Shown here piece by piece: positions 11,837 to 25,823 of a stretch of 64,000 nt of DNA. The notes beneath the pieces were generated by a model. The model did not search any database, was not told where the DNA came from, and saw only the letters and a list, made by a program, of their open reading frames with translations. Numbering within the stretch: the first letter of the stretch is position 1; every line of letters starts with the position of its first letter. This DNA comes from Rhizophagus irregularis. Its lineage: Eukaryota. The stretch is from positions 4,898,001-4,962,000 of the forward strand of contig NC_089430.1 of the NCBI RefSeq assembly GCF_026210795.1, written 5' to 3'. The translations under genes and the position numbers were made by a program.

Positions 11837-14800
11837 GGGGAGAGTGTAATTACGTGACTTTTAATTGACTATCATGGCGCAAAAATTTTTTTGTGCTATT
11901 CAGAACGTCCATGTTTAATAAAACATTTGTAAATTACTAAATATTAAAAAAAATATATTATTTTCTTACCTTTTGGTACCTGAAAGTTCACCAGTATAGT
12001 TTTATTTAGACTTAAATATTATTTCGTGATCTGTGTAACAATCGGACAAACACTCATATACGAAGCCGGGATAATAAACATATAAAAAAATAGGTCTAAC
12101 CTGAATCCACTTTATTTTATACTCAAATATTTTTTTAAGACGCGTAAACTATGAACAAACGCAAAAGTCAAACCAAAAGTTATAATACAACTCTCCTTAC
12201 TACCGGAAAAATTATTCCAGAAATACATTATGGACATTTTTCTCGGGAATGGTGGATAGCAACTGAAAATAATATAAACGATCAGGCGACGCGACTAGTT
12301 CCAATAAGGTTGGGTATGCAAACACTTACAAAACTCAATAGTTATGAGTTTATTATTGTTGTTTTAGGTGCAGATATAGAAATTACACCTGGTCCAAGAT
12401 ATCAAGCAAATTGTTATTTTATAAATAACGAGTTAATAAATGGTGATATATGTACAAACTCTTCATTTGCTATTACATCATTATATAAACGTCTTTTTGG
12501 AACAAAAACAAAATTTTCTGGGCCGCTTGTTATGGGTTTTGACCAAGAGATTATCGTAGAACAATTACTAAAAGATGTTCAATTTCAGCCTTTTGAATTT
12601 TTTGTGGGACGACTTCGGATAGTAGTTTTTGGAATTGGAATTTCAAATAGTCAAGAATGGAACTATGCTGGAGAAGGATACCAGTCATCTTTTATTGATA
12701 ATGTTAATAAAAAACTATTTTTATATGTTCAAACTTTTACTGCTAAGAAATGTATTCTTACTGTTTACGAAGATAATAAACTTAGAAAAATTATTTGTGG
12801 AAAAACTCCAGCAGATGTGTGGTCTCAAGTAGATTATAAACCAGAATTTGATGCGAACAAATTATTTGGAGTTGATAATGAATATACACAAACATTAATC
12901 AGTGAGCTGCAAATTCCATCATGTACACCAGAAGAATGGAATAATTTACCTTTATTGCAGCAAATCTTTGAATATCATCTAAAAAAATGAACAATTTCTG
13001 ATGTTAACTGGATGGGGTTTATTGAAAATTGGAAAAATCAACAGAGTGAAATTATTGAATTGCGAATATCTTTGATGCAACTATATGGATCTGAATATCA
13101 AATGAATTCGCGTGAATTTTGTGCCTGGAAATCAATGCTTAGGCATATGGGTTGTGTAGAAATTACACCTTATAATAAAGATCAAAGTGAGGTAAGAAAT
13201 GGACATATTAATTAATACTAAGCAATAATACCAAATAAATATTTATCTAATTTGAATTATTTATATTTACAGTTTGAATTTTGGACAAGATCGGTAAATT
13301 CAGAAAAAGATCGTGAGACGTTACAAATTTTACATGATCTTGATTTTCTTCATCCTGCACCAAGAAAATTTTGTGATCAAACAGGAACTCTATGGAATTG
13401 TATTCATGAATCATTGAATGCAAATAAAAGAGGTCAAGATGGAAAAAGGCGCATTTTGTCTATTGTTGCAGAACAATTTCCATATTGTGAAATTAAAAAG
13501 AATTTGAATGTTAGTGATATTTTCATATAAAAATTTAGTATTTCAGTTTGACTAAGATTATTTTTTTTCTATTAGATCTCTTCATCAGATACGATTAATG
13601 AGGCACGCAAATATGCAAGAATCCATGGACCAGGTGCTAAATGTGTCGAAAAACCTATTTTTACATGAACTACAATTTCGCGTGAAAAACTTGATCAGTT
13701 GCAACAATTTTTGGACGATAAAAATAATGTGATAATGAGTAGCTATAAAACAGAAACTAAAACTGGGCTTCCAGTAAAATATCTCAAATATACAAAAGAA
13801 TCTTTGTGGGAAAAATTCAGCTACCAATTTCCAGATGGTGTTAAAAGAACATCTTTTATGATGTTTTTGCAAGGAAAACAATATATTTATCAAGAGAATC
13901 TTGGTGGTCTTTGTTCAATTTGCAGTCATTATGGATATGAGATTTTTGTAGAAATGAAAAATTTTATTGAAAAAAATATTCAAAACAACAATCTTCAAGT
14001 AAAAATTTTTTCAATTTATTTTATTTATATATTACAAGTTGGTTTATTTGTTTTGATTTATTTTATAAATGGTAATCTAAAAAGACTATATAAATAAACT
14101 TGAGCACCTGCGCCGATATTTTAAAAAGTCTTACGAACAAGAGCTTGAAATTGCTGTGAATGGAACTGTTGCCCATAATGCATGCATTAGCCACTGTCTC
14201 CCATACGCCTTTGGTACCTGCACAGAATCACACAGTCACGAATGTGTTGAATGTGGACAATTATTTGCAATTTTTTATCAATTGAAAAATGATACTCCAA
14301 TTACATTGCATAATGAATTAGAAGAATATCAGGAACACCTCCTATACTATCTTGCTCATCAAACACGAAAAGTATACCTGAACACACAATTCAATGCAAA
14401 TTTGTTAGAGTTAGATGAAAAAGGAGCACTTATTGTCGTGGATTATAAAATGAAGGTATTACCTAAAAGTGCACGAGAGACAAAAGAACAGTTTTTTGGA
14501 AAAAAGGGCTGGACTCTTCATTCAGTATTGGTATATACTCGCAAGGAAGATTCTTTTGAACTTGACATCCAAGCACACGACCACTGGTCCAACGATCCAC
14601 GTCAAGATGCTTGGTTCACCGCTTCTAGTCTTCACGCTGTTATTGAATCTATGAACAAGAAACCAGAATAGGTTACGATTATTTCAGACAATGGAGGTCA
14701 TTATCATAATGCAGATTTGATGATGACTCTGAGATATTGGCAAGATTGGTACGGTATTTGGCCAAAAAAATGGATATTTCTTGAGCCGGGGGAGGCGAAA

Positions 14801-16720
14801 ACAACCATTGACAGTCATCATGCTCAGGTTTGTTCATACCTTTCCATTTGATAAATAATATCTATTAGCAAGAATTAACTACATGATATTAGCTTACTTT
14901 ATATTTGAAATAGATTGCACATTCCATCAATCGATATGTAAAATTAGGATTTGATATATCATCAGGAAAAGACATTGAAAATGCAATATCTGGAATTTGC
15001 GGAACGTCAGTATCTCACCTGGAACCAGTTAGAACAAAAGGTTGTAAATTAGAAGTTGAATTATTATACAGCTAGGTTTATTAGAAATTATTAGAAATTC
15101 TCAAACTGTCTCTTTACAGAACCTGGAAAAAGGAGAAACCAATTACCTGGCATTTCAAATTTGAATGGTCATGGCCAATTACTGGAGAGTATGCTGGTTA
15201 TATTCAAGCGAGAGATATTGCAAATCTTGGCGCCTGGACGAATTTTTCTCCAAAGAAACTGGAAAAATTACAATCAAAAACAATCGAAAAACCAGATCCC
15301 AATGTATCAACGTCTTCAATACCTAAAAATCCTTGGACAGTTCCATTGCCAAATGATACAGGTTTTATGGATATTAATTGATTCAGTTAGGATTATTTAT
15401 GATAATCTTCAGATGAAACAACTGATTCAACATGCAAATATAGGAATTCAGGTAAAGAAACTAAAAAAAAACCACGTGAAAGAACAACTGGAAATTCGTG
15501 GCATTCTAAAGGATATAGATACGAATAAAAGAGATTTGGTAAAGGAGTTAGAAATAGCATTGGCCAAAGACACCTTGGCAAAGATACCAGGCACGCAAAA
15601 TGTGATCTTCACGTTGTTAACTGCTTTTTGTAATATGTTACTTTTTATCAGTTTTAGATAACACAAATTTATCAAGCCATGATCCCTATTCAGACGAAAG
15701 AAAAAATTCAGCTAAAGACAGAAATAAAGTAATATTGGATCCAAGGTATGACATGATTTGAAAGCTAAATAGTTACCTGGTATAATGAACTTACATCTGT
15801 ATTTGATATTATAGCTTGCAATTTTTGTTTTGGCCATTAGCTTGTGGGTGGGCATTGAAATCTGCGCAAAAATATGGAAAAAAAGGGAGTGGTAAACGTA
15901 TTTCTAAGAAAGTGTGGAATCTCCTGCAAGAATATTTTTTGGAGGGTAATGTTAATAAAAGTGAAAGGCATACGGCGGAAAGTATGCTTGCCCGGCTAAA
16001 GAAAAATGTGGAAGACGGCGTAATTGAAGAAGAAGAAGTACCAAAATTAGAGACTATACGTAATTGGATATCTCGTTATACAAGTCAACACCGCCAAGAG
16101 TCAGCAATAGTAGCTCAAGCGTCTAAGATATAAATAAGTCAAAATTTGTAATAAATAAGTCATGTATGTAGAAAAATTTTTGAAAACGTAAAATTTTTGG
16201 TGTTGGAATCCAACTGGCATACAAGTAAAAAAAATTTTTTTTTTTTGAAAGTTATTAAAAGAATCATTAGACGTACGATTTAGGTATTGATGTACAAAAT
16301 GACATAAGTTTTGTATCGATTAAAATTATATAAAGTGACGTTGCATTTACATCGAAAAAATCAATTTTTTAATTTTATTATGAAGATCGGCAAATTTTGC
16401 CCCATTTTTATCTAACAAATTTGTCCGGTTGTTACACGAAATACGAATTATATTTTGGAGAAAATATCAAAAGAAGTTCCAAAAAGGTTGCGAATTGCTT
16501 ATTGAAAGTTTAGAATCTCTCTACTGGAAAACATAATATTATTTTTTTAACAAAAGGCATTTTATCATTAATTAATTTAATATATTTGTATTCTATAGGT
16601 ATGTTTTCACATGTCTTTACAAATAATAATAAAATAATACATAATTATTCAAATTAAATCATATTTTAAATTTTTGCGCCATTGATAGTCTTATTATAAA
16701 TCACGTGACTACACACTTCC
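11837..16720 (+). mobile_element. Sola3-like DNA transposon B (decayed)
   Basis: TTAA at 11833-11836 and 16721-16724. Imperfect TIR ggggagagtgtaattacgtgac...gactatcatggcgcaaaaattt versus reverse complement ggaagtgtgtagtcacgtgat...gactatcaatggcgcaaaaattt. A second inverted block gtgtaacaatcggacaaa at about 12033 pairs with tttgtccggttgttacac at about 16420. Confidence 0.85.
12151..16133 (+). pseudogene. Sola3-like DDD transposase, multi-exon, with premature stops
   Basis: VDYKMKVLPKSARETKEQFFGKKGWTLH, QDAWF, ISDNGGHYH, FLEPGEAKTTIDSHHA and GWALKSAQKYGKKGSGKR. Collinear with element A. Stops at about 12988, 13666 and 14669. Confidence 0.78.
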
Positions 16721-18053
16721 TTAATGGATTAGTACCATTGATAAATTTATTCACCCGCCAGCCTTTCCTACCTTCTTTTTCTCGTTTTTCTTTTTATTTC
16801 CTTTCATTTCCCATTTTTTTCTTATTTATTTTCTTTGGTGTACCTTTTCTTTTTTTATGTTATTTTAGTTTAAGAATTTGTCTAATAGTATTATACTTGA
16901 GAAAATAAAATTTGGCTAAAGGTACGTTCCCTGTTTTTTCTTTCTTTGTTTTTAATTTTGCTTTTCATTTCTAATTTCTTTTTTTGTTTTTTGTGTCTTT
17001 AAGTTCTTTCAATTTTGCGTTAAAGATATTTCTTTCTTTTCTTTTTCTTCACTTTGTTTTTTTGTTCTTACTAACTTTATTTTATTTTTACTTTATGAAT
17101 TTCATTTTTCATTCTCCAAACTTTTTTTTTTGATCTTAAATTCTGTGGTCTTTGCTGTTGATTTGTTTGGATCTTCATGGGTTTACCTTAAATCTTTATG
17201 GGCTTCATTATTTACTTGGTACTTTTTATTTTATTAAACTTTTCACTATTCATTGTTCTTTTATTTCCATTCTTTTCATTTCTTTTATTTTTCTTGTTAT
17301 TCATCTCATTCTGTTTCTGTTATTCTTTTCATCATTTTTTTTATTCCGTTATTTCAATCAACTTGTTAGACATTTTCTTCATTTTTTATTGTTATAATTC
17401 ATGTATTATTATCAGGTTTTTCTTTTTATATCATTATTACTAGTCATTAAAAATTAAAATTTTGATTTTAAATGAATTTTCAATCAATAAATTTTCTAAT
17501 AAACTATTTTTAAAACCTATAAGTGCATAACTTTACAGTTTAATGTTGTATTTATCAAACGAATTTAAATAATTCAAATAAAATTGTTTTGTAAAAAAAG
17601 TATGCTTAATGAAAAATTCAAAAAATTAGCCAATTAAAAATTAGCCAATCAGAATTGAGATCAGATCTTCGCCCAGATTAGGAAATATTAATGATCATTA
17701 AGTTACATCATATGCAGTAAAATTAAATTATGATTACACAAAGTTATTTTAATATAAAATGATCTTCATACAGTACATATTCCATTCGGGAGTAAAAAAT
17801 TTCTTTTTCTTCTTACTATTGCAAATAATACTAAATACAGTATAAAAGGTAAAATAAGGTGTCAACTTATTTATTTAACTGGAAAACAACATAAAATTAC
17901 AGCTGGAAGATAAAAGAAACTAATCTAAAGATCAGCAACTAAATACGACCAATTTCTATAACCCTACAACTCCTTAAGAGATAGAGTCTTCCTGCTTGTG
18001 GCCTGAATACTCACCTACTATAGAACGAACATTGAGTGACCAATAAAGTGTCA

Positions 18054-21000
18054 ATGGATTCTTTAATTATATCTATTAAGAAATTAACTAAATCATGTGA
18101 TTGCGATCTTAGAGGCATTGAATGCAATGCAAAACGTTTTAAACGAAATTTTAAAAATTGGACTAGTGGTAATAATAATATTGATAAATTCATTCAAGAT
18201 ACTCAGCTATCAGAGCATACTAATTATGTAAGAAAAGCATTGGAATGGATACCTTATGATAGATTTTGTAATGTGAGATATACTGCAGAAGACAGAATGT
18301 ATAGAGCAAATTGGATTGATGGACATATAGATAAATGGGAGAACTATAATGAAAATTGGAAAAGAAAGGATCAAAATATGTTTGTAATTCTGAAAAATTT
18401 GGATGATTCAATTAATGTTACATTGAAATCTATTAAAGAGGTCAGTATAATAAATTTATTATTTAATCAAATTCTGGATATTTTAATATTTATTAATGTA
18501 TTTTGCTCAATGTACTGTTAATTGTAGATCACAATACATCATAAAGTTTACGGAATAACTCAAAACCCAGAAACTAATAGTTATATGGTAGTTGTTATAG
18601 ATATATGTAAAAAATGTAATAATATATGCAATGCAATACATTTTCAACAAAATTTTGAAAATTGGACCAGTGGTAATGGTGATATTGATGAAATTATTAA
18701 AGATACTCAATTATCAGCTCATATAGATAATAAAATACCAAATGTACTAGAATGGATACCTTATGATAGATTTATTAAAACTCAATATATTACTAGAAAC
18801 AAATTTGGTAAAGAATATAGAGCAAATTGGATTGATGGATATATAGATAAATGGGATAATGAAAGTCAAAATTGGAAAAGAAAAAACCAAAATATGTTTG
18901 TAATTCTGAAAAATTTAAATGATTCAACTAATTTTACATTGAAATCTATTAAAGAGGTCAGTATAATAAATTTATTATTTAATAAAATTCTGGGTATTTT
19001 GCTTAATGTATTGTTAATTGTAGATTACAAAACATCATAAAGCTTATGGAATAACTCGAATACCGAAATCTAAGAGTTATATAGTAGTTGTTAAAGATAT
19101 ATGTAAAAAATGTAATAATACATGCAATGCAATACATCAACGAAATTTTGAAAATTGGACAAGTTGTAATAAAAAAATTGATAAATTAATCCGAAATACT
19201 CAATTATCAAATTGTTATACAAATAATATATTAGAATGGATATCTTATGATAGATTTTGTGATATTAGAAATACTGCAGAAAATGGAGTATATAGAGCAA
19301 ATTGGATTGATGGATGTATAGATGAATGGGATAATATAAATCAAAAATGGAGAAGAAAAGATCAAAATATGGTTGTAATTCTGAAAAGTTTAAAAAATTC
19401 AAATAATATTGCATTAAAATTTATAAATGAGGTATACTAAATTTATTACCTAATAAAATCTTTAATTATAAATTTTAATTTATTATTATTATATTTGTAG
19501 GTTAAATTAGGAATAACCAAGAAACCAGGTAAAAAAAATTATATGATGGTTTTAACATGTAAAGTCAAATGCAATAGCATGTGTAATTCAAAATACTTTC
19601 AACAAAATTTTGGAAATTGGACTAGTGGCAATAATAATATTGATGAATTTATTCAAGATACTCAGATATCAGATTGTTACACAAGTAATATATTAGAATG
19701 GATACCTTATGATAAATTTCATAATATTAAAAATATTAAAAGTATTACAAAAGATGGGTCTACTAATATGTATGAAGCAAATTGGATTGATGGATGTATA
19801 GATAAATGGGATTATGAAAATCAAAATTGGAAAAGAAAAGAACAGAACATGTTTGTGATCTTGAAAAGTTTAGATAATATGAATGTCATAAGATTTATTA
19901 ATGAGGTATAATAAATTTATTATTTAATGGAATTTTGAATGCTTTAATTTTAATAACATTATTATATTTTAGGTTGCAGTATACAAATTTTATGGAATAA
20001 CTCGAGATCCAGAATCAAGAAATTATATGGTAGTTTCAACATGTAAAGAAAAATGTAGTCATGTATGTAACGCAATACGTTTTCAACAAAATTTCAAAAA
20101 TTGGACTAGTGGTAATAATGATATTGATAAATTTATTCAAGATACTCAACTTTCAACGCATACGGTCTATGAAATAAGAAATGCGCTAGAATGGATGCCT
20201 TTTGATAGATTTTATGACATTAAATATATTGCAAAAGGCGGGTTTAGTACAGTGTATAAAGCAAATTGGATTGATGGACATATAGATGAATGGGATAACA
20301 AAAATCAGAATTGGAAAAGAAAAGATCAGGGTATAACTGTAGTACTGAAAATTTTAAATAACTCAAAAAATGTTACATTGAAATTTATGAATGAGGTAAA
20401 TTTATTTCAATTTTTTAATCAAATATATAATACCATAAATACTAATACATTATGTTATGTATAGTTTTCGTTGCATTATAAAGAAGGAGTAAATAATGGT
20501 TTTATCATTGAATTTTATGGAATAACCCAAGATCCAAAAACAAATAATTATATAATGGTTTTGGAATATGCAAAGAATGGAAGTTTGCGAAATTATTTAA
20601 ATATAAATTATAATAAATTAAGATGGAGTGATAAGATTTATCATTTACTTAATATTACATGTGGAATTCAACATATTCATAATAATGAATTAATTCATCG
20701 GGATTTACATGTTGGAAATATACTGGTGGATGATGATACTATTATAACTGATATGGGATTATGTAAACCTGCGGATTACAACGCATCAGAAAATACAATA
20801 AGCAACATATATGGTGTTTTGCCTTATATTGCTCCCGAAATTTTACGAGGCCAAACTTATACTAAAGCTGCTGATATTTATAGCTTGGGTATAATTATGT
20901 ATGAAATTATTTCTGGATTGCCCCCATATCATGATGTAGACCATAATAAAAATCTAGCAATAACAATTTGTCAAGGACTTAGACCAAGGTTTAAAATTAA

Positions 21001-21779
21001 AGTACCTCAGTTGATTGTACATCTAATTAAAAAGTGCCTAGACGCAAATTCGTCAGATCGACCTACAGCAAATGAAATTGAGGAAGTTTTATATAAATGG
21101 TATTATATGCCAAGTGACAATCAAACAGTAAATTTACAATTGGAAATTAAAAATGCAGAAGTAATTAATAATAATTTATCAGATAGCAATATACCTTCAA
21201 CTAATTTAGGATTATATGAAATACATCCAGAGGCTATTTATACAAGTAGATTACTTAAATTTTATGATGATACAATTGGCGTGGAGTCTTTAGGTATTGA
21301 TTAATAAAAAATTTTCAAATTGAGTGTCAAAGTAATAATTTTTAATCCCTTAAATAGAGTCCTTACAAATTAATATTTCTCAATTGAATATTAATAACAA
21401 TCTTCCTGAACCGAAAAATTCTGATGATTATTATAAGCAAAATGATAATATAATAAGCGAGGAATTTTTAGGTATTGTTTATAACTTGTACTTAAAGAAG
21501 AATGTTGAGAATATAAATACTAATTAAATCTTATTCACTTAAATAGAATACCTACAGAATGCTAATTCTCAGTTAAAAATTGACGATATTTTTTCCAAAC
21601 CAAAAAATTCTGTTGATTATCATAAAAAAGATGTTAGCATGGAATCCTCAGGTATTAGTTAACAAAAAAAATAACTGAATTATTTGTAAAGAGTACTCAT
21701 GAACTTTATTTATTAAATAGCGTCTTCATCTTTACAAATTGATATTTCTCATGATATTACTAAAAATTCTGACGCATGA
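18054..21779 (+). CDS. Tyrosine-kinase-like protein kinase 1 with five tandem Cys-motif/N-lobe modules
   Basis: Inferred exons 18054-18440, 18528-18956, 19024-19431, 19501-19905, 19973-20395 and 20465-21293, then short tail exons. Motifs KGGFSTVY, VVLK, HRDLHVGN, DMG, APE, DIYSLG. The 3' end is uncertain. Confidence 0.88.
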
Positions 21780-22440
21780 TAAAATAATTAGCACGTAATT
21801 TTCAGGTATTACTTAACAAAAAATATTTAGAATAATTGTAATATACTAATAAACCCTCTATTTATTATTAGCAACTTTATATTTGCTCAATTGAATACTA
21901 ATAGAAATGGACTTTTAATACGACAGTATATTAGTTTGCCCTTTTATTCATTATTAATATTTTGCTGTATCTCATAATTTCAATTTTTTTATAGGTCAAA
22001 ATAGCAAATCTAAAGGCAAAGATAATTCTATTAGAATCAAAGCTTTATTAAGTAATTTTTATTATTAACAGAATGTCCGTATTCAGTTATAGAAATTTAA
22101 TTATATTGTTGTGTTTAAATAGTATTCAAGATATTTTCCTGCCATTATAATTTACGTATGATTCTGTTTAATGTTTACTTGGAATGATTAAAACTTTTTT
22201 ACGTATCACGCAATAAATAGTAGGCCGATTTTTTTTTCTTGTTTTTCTATAAATATTTGAATTGCAAATTTTTTTTTCAAATGGAATTAGTGGATATTTA
22301 TTAAAAGGAGGGATGAGAATGACATTAAATAGAGTTTTAAATTGTAATTTCCTTATTACAAATTATATATTTATTTTATTTTATTTTTATTGAATTAAAT
22401 AAACCAATTAAATTTAATATTTTTTATACGAACCTTCTCT

Positions 22441-23940
22441 TTAAGGTAAAATTTGTTGATTTACTATTGTTTGGGACTCGCCAGTGGCATCCCGAAATTT
22501 GGCACTCATGCAAACCTTTGTAAAACAAATGTCATGCCAAAAGTGCACAACATTTAATCCTCTACCCTGAAGCTGTTCACATGGCCAATATGGGTAGGAT
22601 GCAACAGAATCCTCCCTAGAAAAGTGCACAAGCCATACTTCTCGAGATTTAAGCTTGTCAGCATAATTTAACACTTTATCAAAGTGTTTTCTGAGTTCAG
22701 GGTCGGATCCTGTTGCAATAAGTTCAATAACAGCTTCAGGATAGGGATTTTATCGTTTTTTTATGGTAAGGTCACAATAAAAATGGTGCCAATCTCCATC
22801 ATTGCCAATTCCTTCTAGATGCCACTGGCCAGTTATTTCGAAGTCATGTACCTTTGCAAGCCAATTTACTAAAATTCGGTACATTTCAGCATCATATGTG
22901 CTCTCCCGTGGAACTTTCACGCTCTTTTCAGAATTTACTAGCAAATAGTCTGAACTTTTGTAAGAGCGGAAAGATCCAAGGGTAATTATTTTTTGATCAA
23001 ATGCACATACAGTAGCCTTTACAACTCCTAGTATGTCTAATGATCCATCAGCTTGCAAAGGTACACTCACATTTGGATGGAAGCAATATTGCTTCTTTAG
23101 AGAAGAGTAGGAGCTTTCTACATTTGGATTTTCTCGCCTCTTCCCCAGAACAGTAGATGATGATGGTAATGGTGATGATAATGGTGATGGTGATGATGGT
23201 GATGATGGTGATGATGGTGATGATAATGACAGTTGTGGTGCCGGCAGTGATGGTGGCATCTTCACTTTCGTGCTAGCTTTTTGCCACAAGCTATTTGCTT
23301 TTTTAACATCACCCTATAGAAAGCAAAACTAGGTGATAAATATTTCCCAGTAAACACATCAAACAAAAAACAAGATTTGATGGTGAATGCAGGAATATAT
23401 CAATTATAATTCTTTAATAACGCAAAAAAATATGCATAGCCGAATCCTGCTACAGAATCAACAGATTTTTTACTAATAAATTATAATGATATTTTCCACA
23501 TGTTTACTATGGCGCAGGTAATAAACGCATCCATTTCAGTACTTGTATTCTTCCCACCAGGACGCAGCCAGCAGGTACAGAGCACCTGGCTAAAAGCCCC
23601 ACCAAAGCAAATTAATTGTTTTAAACGGGTGTACACTCCCCAACTGTATGTTAAGGACACCCATCCTAAATATGCTTACCTTACTGTTCTTAATGAGATT
23701 TTGAGCAAAACTATGAACTTCTTCTGCTAGAGATTCATTGTTTATGATATCTTCTAATATTTTGTAGAAGACGCGATGGGCTTTCTCTTTTTCAGCCAAC
23801 TCATAACTGTCAATCACCAATGTTACGTAATGGTGAAGAGACCACTTGTTATATGGAAAGAACTCAAAATACTTTCCATATGGGATATTTTCGCAAGTTT
23901 CTCGAGAATATAAGTCACAGTCAGTATTAATATCAGACAT
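22441..23940 (-). pseudogene. Crinkler-type PD-(D/E)xK nuclease-domain gene with one in-frame stop
   Basis: Exon 23940-23680 (gtaagc donor) and exon 23313-22441. Sequence VPRESTYDAEMYRIL...CDLTIKKR*NPYPEAVIELIAT...HFDKVLNYA...VWLVHF, with TAA at 22750-22752 in frame between the two listed ORFs. Ser/Pro-repeat linker. Confidence 0.65.
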
Positions 23941-24145
23941 GATGAATAAAAAATATTAGAAATAATATTAAAAATTACAAAGTTAAATTACAACGTAAAA
24001 ATTCAAATTCTAACTTACTCTACATCTTTTTATAAATTAAAGTGAATGAGCGGAGATAAAAGCAGAGTATCGTTCGCAGTTTACGATGAGAGTTAATCAA
24101 ATTGATTGGAACGGGGAGTAGCCCAAAATAGGTAGTTGCCCGCAT

Positions 24146-24442
24146 AAAATCACAGCAATTCGAAGTTAGAGGAGTTAGAGGACGGCAAAATACAAACTAA
24201 TTAGTGCTATGTATATACCGGTTTACCGGCTTAGAAAAGTATATTTTAAACTCAATAAGATAATCTAGAGTTCCGAATTTGGAAAAGTTCGGATCAAATC
24301 AAATTAAACTCGCGGCGGGTGAGAAAATCACAGCACTCGATGTTAGAGGAGTTAGAGGACTGCAAAATACCAAGTAATCAGTGCTATGTATACACCGGTT
24401 TACCAGTTTAGAAAAGTATATTTTAAACTCAATAAGATAATC
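24146..24442. repeat. Direct repeat of about 120 bp, period about 178 bp, upstream of the Crinkler-like gene
   Basis: aaaatcacagca...gttagaggagttagaggac...agaaaagtatattttaaactcaataagataatc at 24146-24265 and 24324-24442. Confidence 0.9.
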
Positions 24443-25823
24443 CATAGAAAGCTAGTGTTCCGCGAAAAGTATATTTTAATCATATGACTGATATTGCTAA
24501 CTATTTCTTGCGTGTGAACAGGTTATAAGTAAAGGTTTATAAAAAAGTTTCTGTGTTTTAAATAGTTTTAAATATCATAACGAGTTTCGTTCCCAGTATA
24601 TTCCCGGTGTATCCTATTTCCGGAATAATCACAGTTCGGTATGTAAATTTTATTTTAATCATAAGGGCATAAGGATAATAATATTTATTAATCTGTGTTT
24701 ATCTAATAAAAAATGAAAACCATCGATCTTAAAAAAATTTCAATATTGAGTAAATGAAAGTAAAGTTTAGGTTTTTTTGCCAAAAATTTTATTATTGGAT
24801 TTTATACGTGTAATAATTCTTAATCATAGTAAAAACATGATTCGAACAGAAATATTCAATAAACAAATTTCTTAAACATATGGATATTTCCTTAAAATAC
24901 ATTGTTCTTTTTGATCGTTTAATATTCTTCAATTTAATTTAAAATATTTAAATTATTATAAAAAGTTCATAAATTAAGTTTTATCGCTATACTTTTTATA
25001 ATTTTTACAAATTCCTATATATTCGAATATCAATATTCATCCAATTATCGTCCGGTTTTCGGGTTTCTTTTTTATTATTATTATTCAAATATAACTGCAT
25101 AAATCATTTTGAAAACTGCGACAATTTCACTAAAAACTATATATTTCTTAAATATTTTCAATTTAGTACTGAAAGTTTGATTATACGTTTTGAGTAACTT
25201 GCATCTTTTCCGTTACGGGCCTCCACTTCTTACAATATTCTAAAGGCGATTTCTTTTTTAAGATAAAAAAATATTTTTTTTATTTTGATCGCATTAAAAT
25301 CTAGGAATTTTTTTTTTTTTTTTTTTTTGACAACTCGCGTAAACACATTCTTTATTAAGTAAAGTGTAAAAGAAAACATAATATATGATAAATAATAGAA
25401 ATACATTGAAATTGATGGCGTCAAGCACCAACAATCTCTCCATACCGGGCGCTTCGGTCTATAAAATCTAGGAAATTAAATTAAAATAACGTTATACATT
25501 ATTTATATGCATTGTATTAAAGAAAAAGATGCTCGTGTATAATTAATAGTATAATTAATAAATGGTGTTTTTATTGTTAAAAATCGGTTAAACGATATTA
25601 CTCAATAACAATATTATAAATGATTATTACATCACATCACCGTCGTTACATTATATTGTTGTATTAACGTGATCTGAATTGAGGCACGTTTCACAAACAT
25701 TTTTTTTACGGTTTATAAATTTACAAAATTTAGAAATTGTAAAAATTCTATTTTTGCAGCGTGGGAACTGAGATTATTAAATAATGAATGTGGGTATGTA
25801 GTAGGTCACTTAATTTTTAAATG

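Noticed and set aside
4133..16133. Alternative genetic code with TGA read through
   Set aside because: The stops replace both Arg and Trp, include a TAG, and are concentrated in TEs; mutation explains them better.
16705..17443. Phe/Leu-rich ORFs that look like membrane proteins
   Set aside because: They arise from T-rich low-complexity DNA, and the opposite strand has multiple stops and no recognisable domain.
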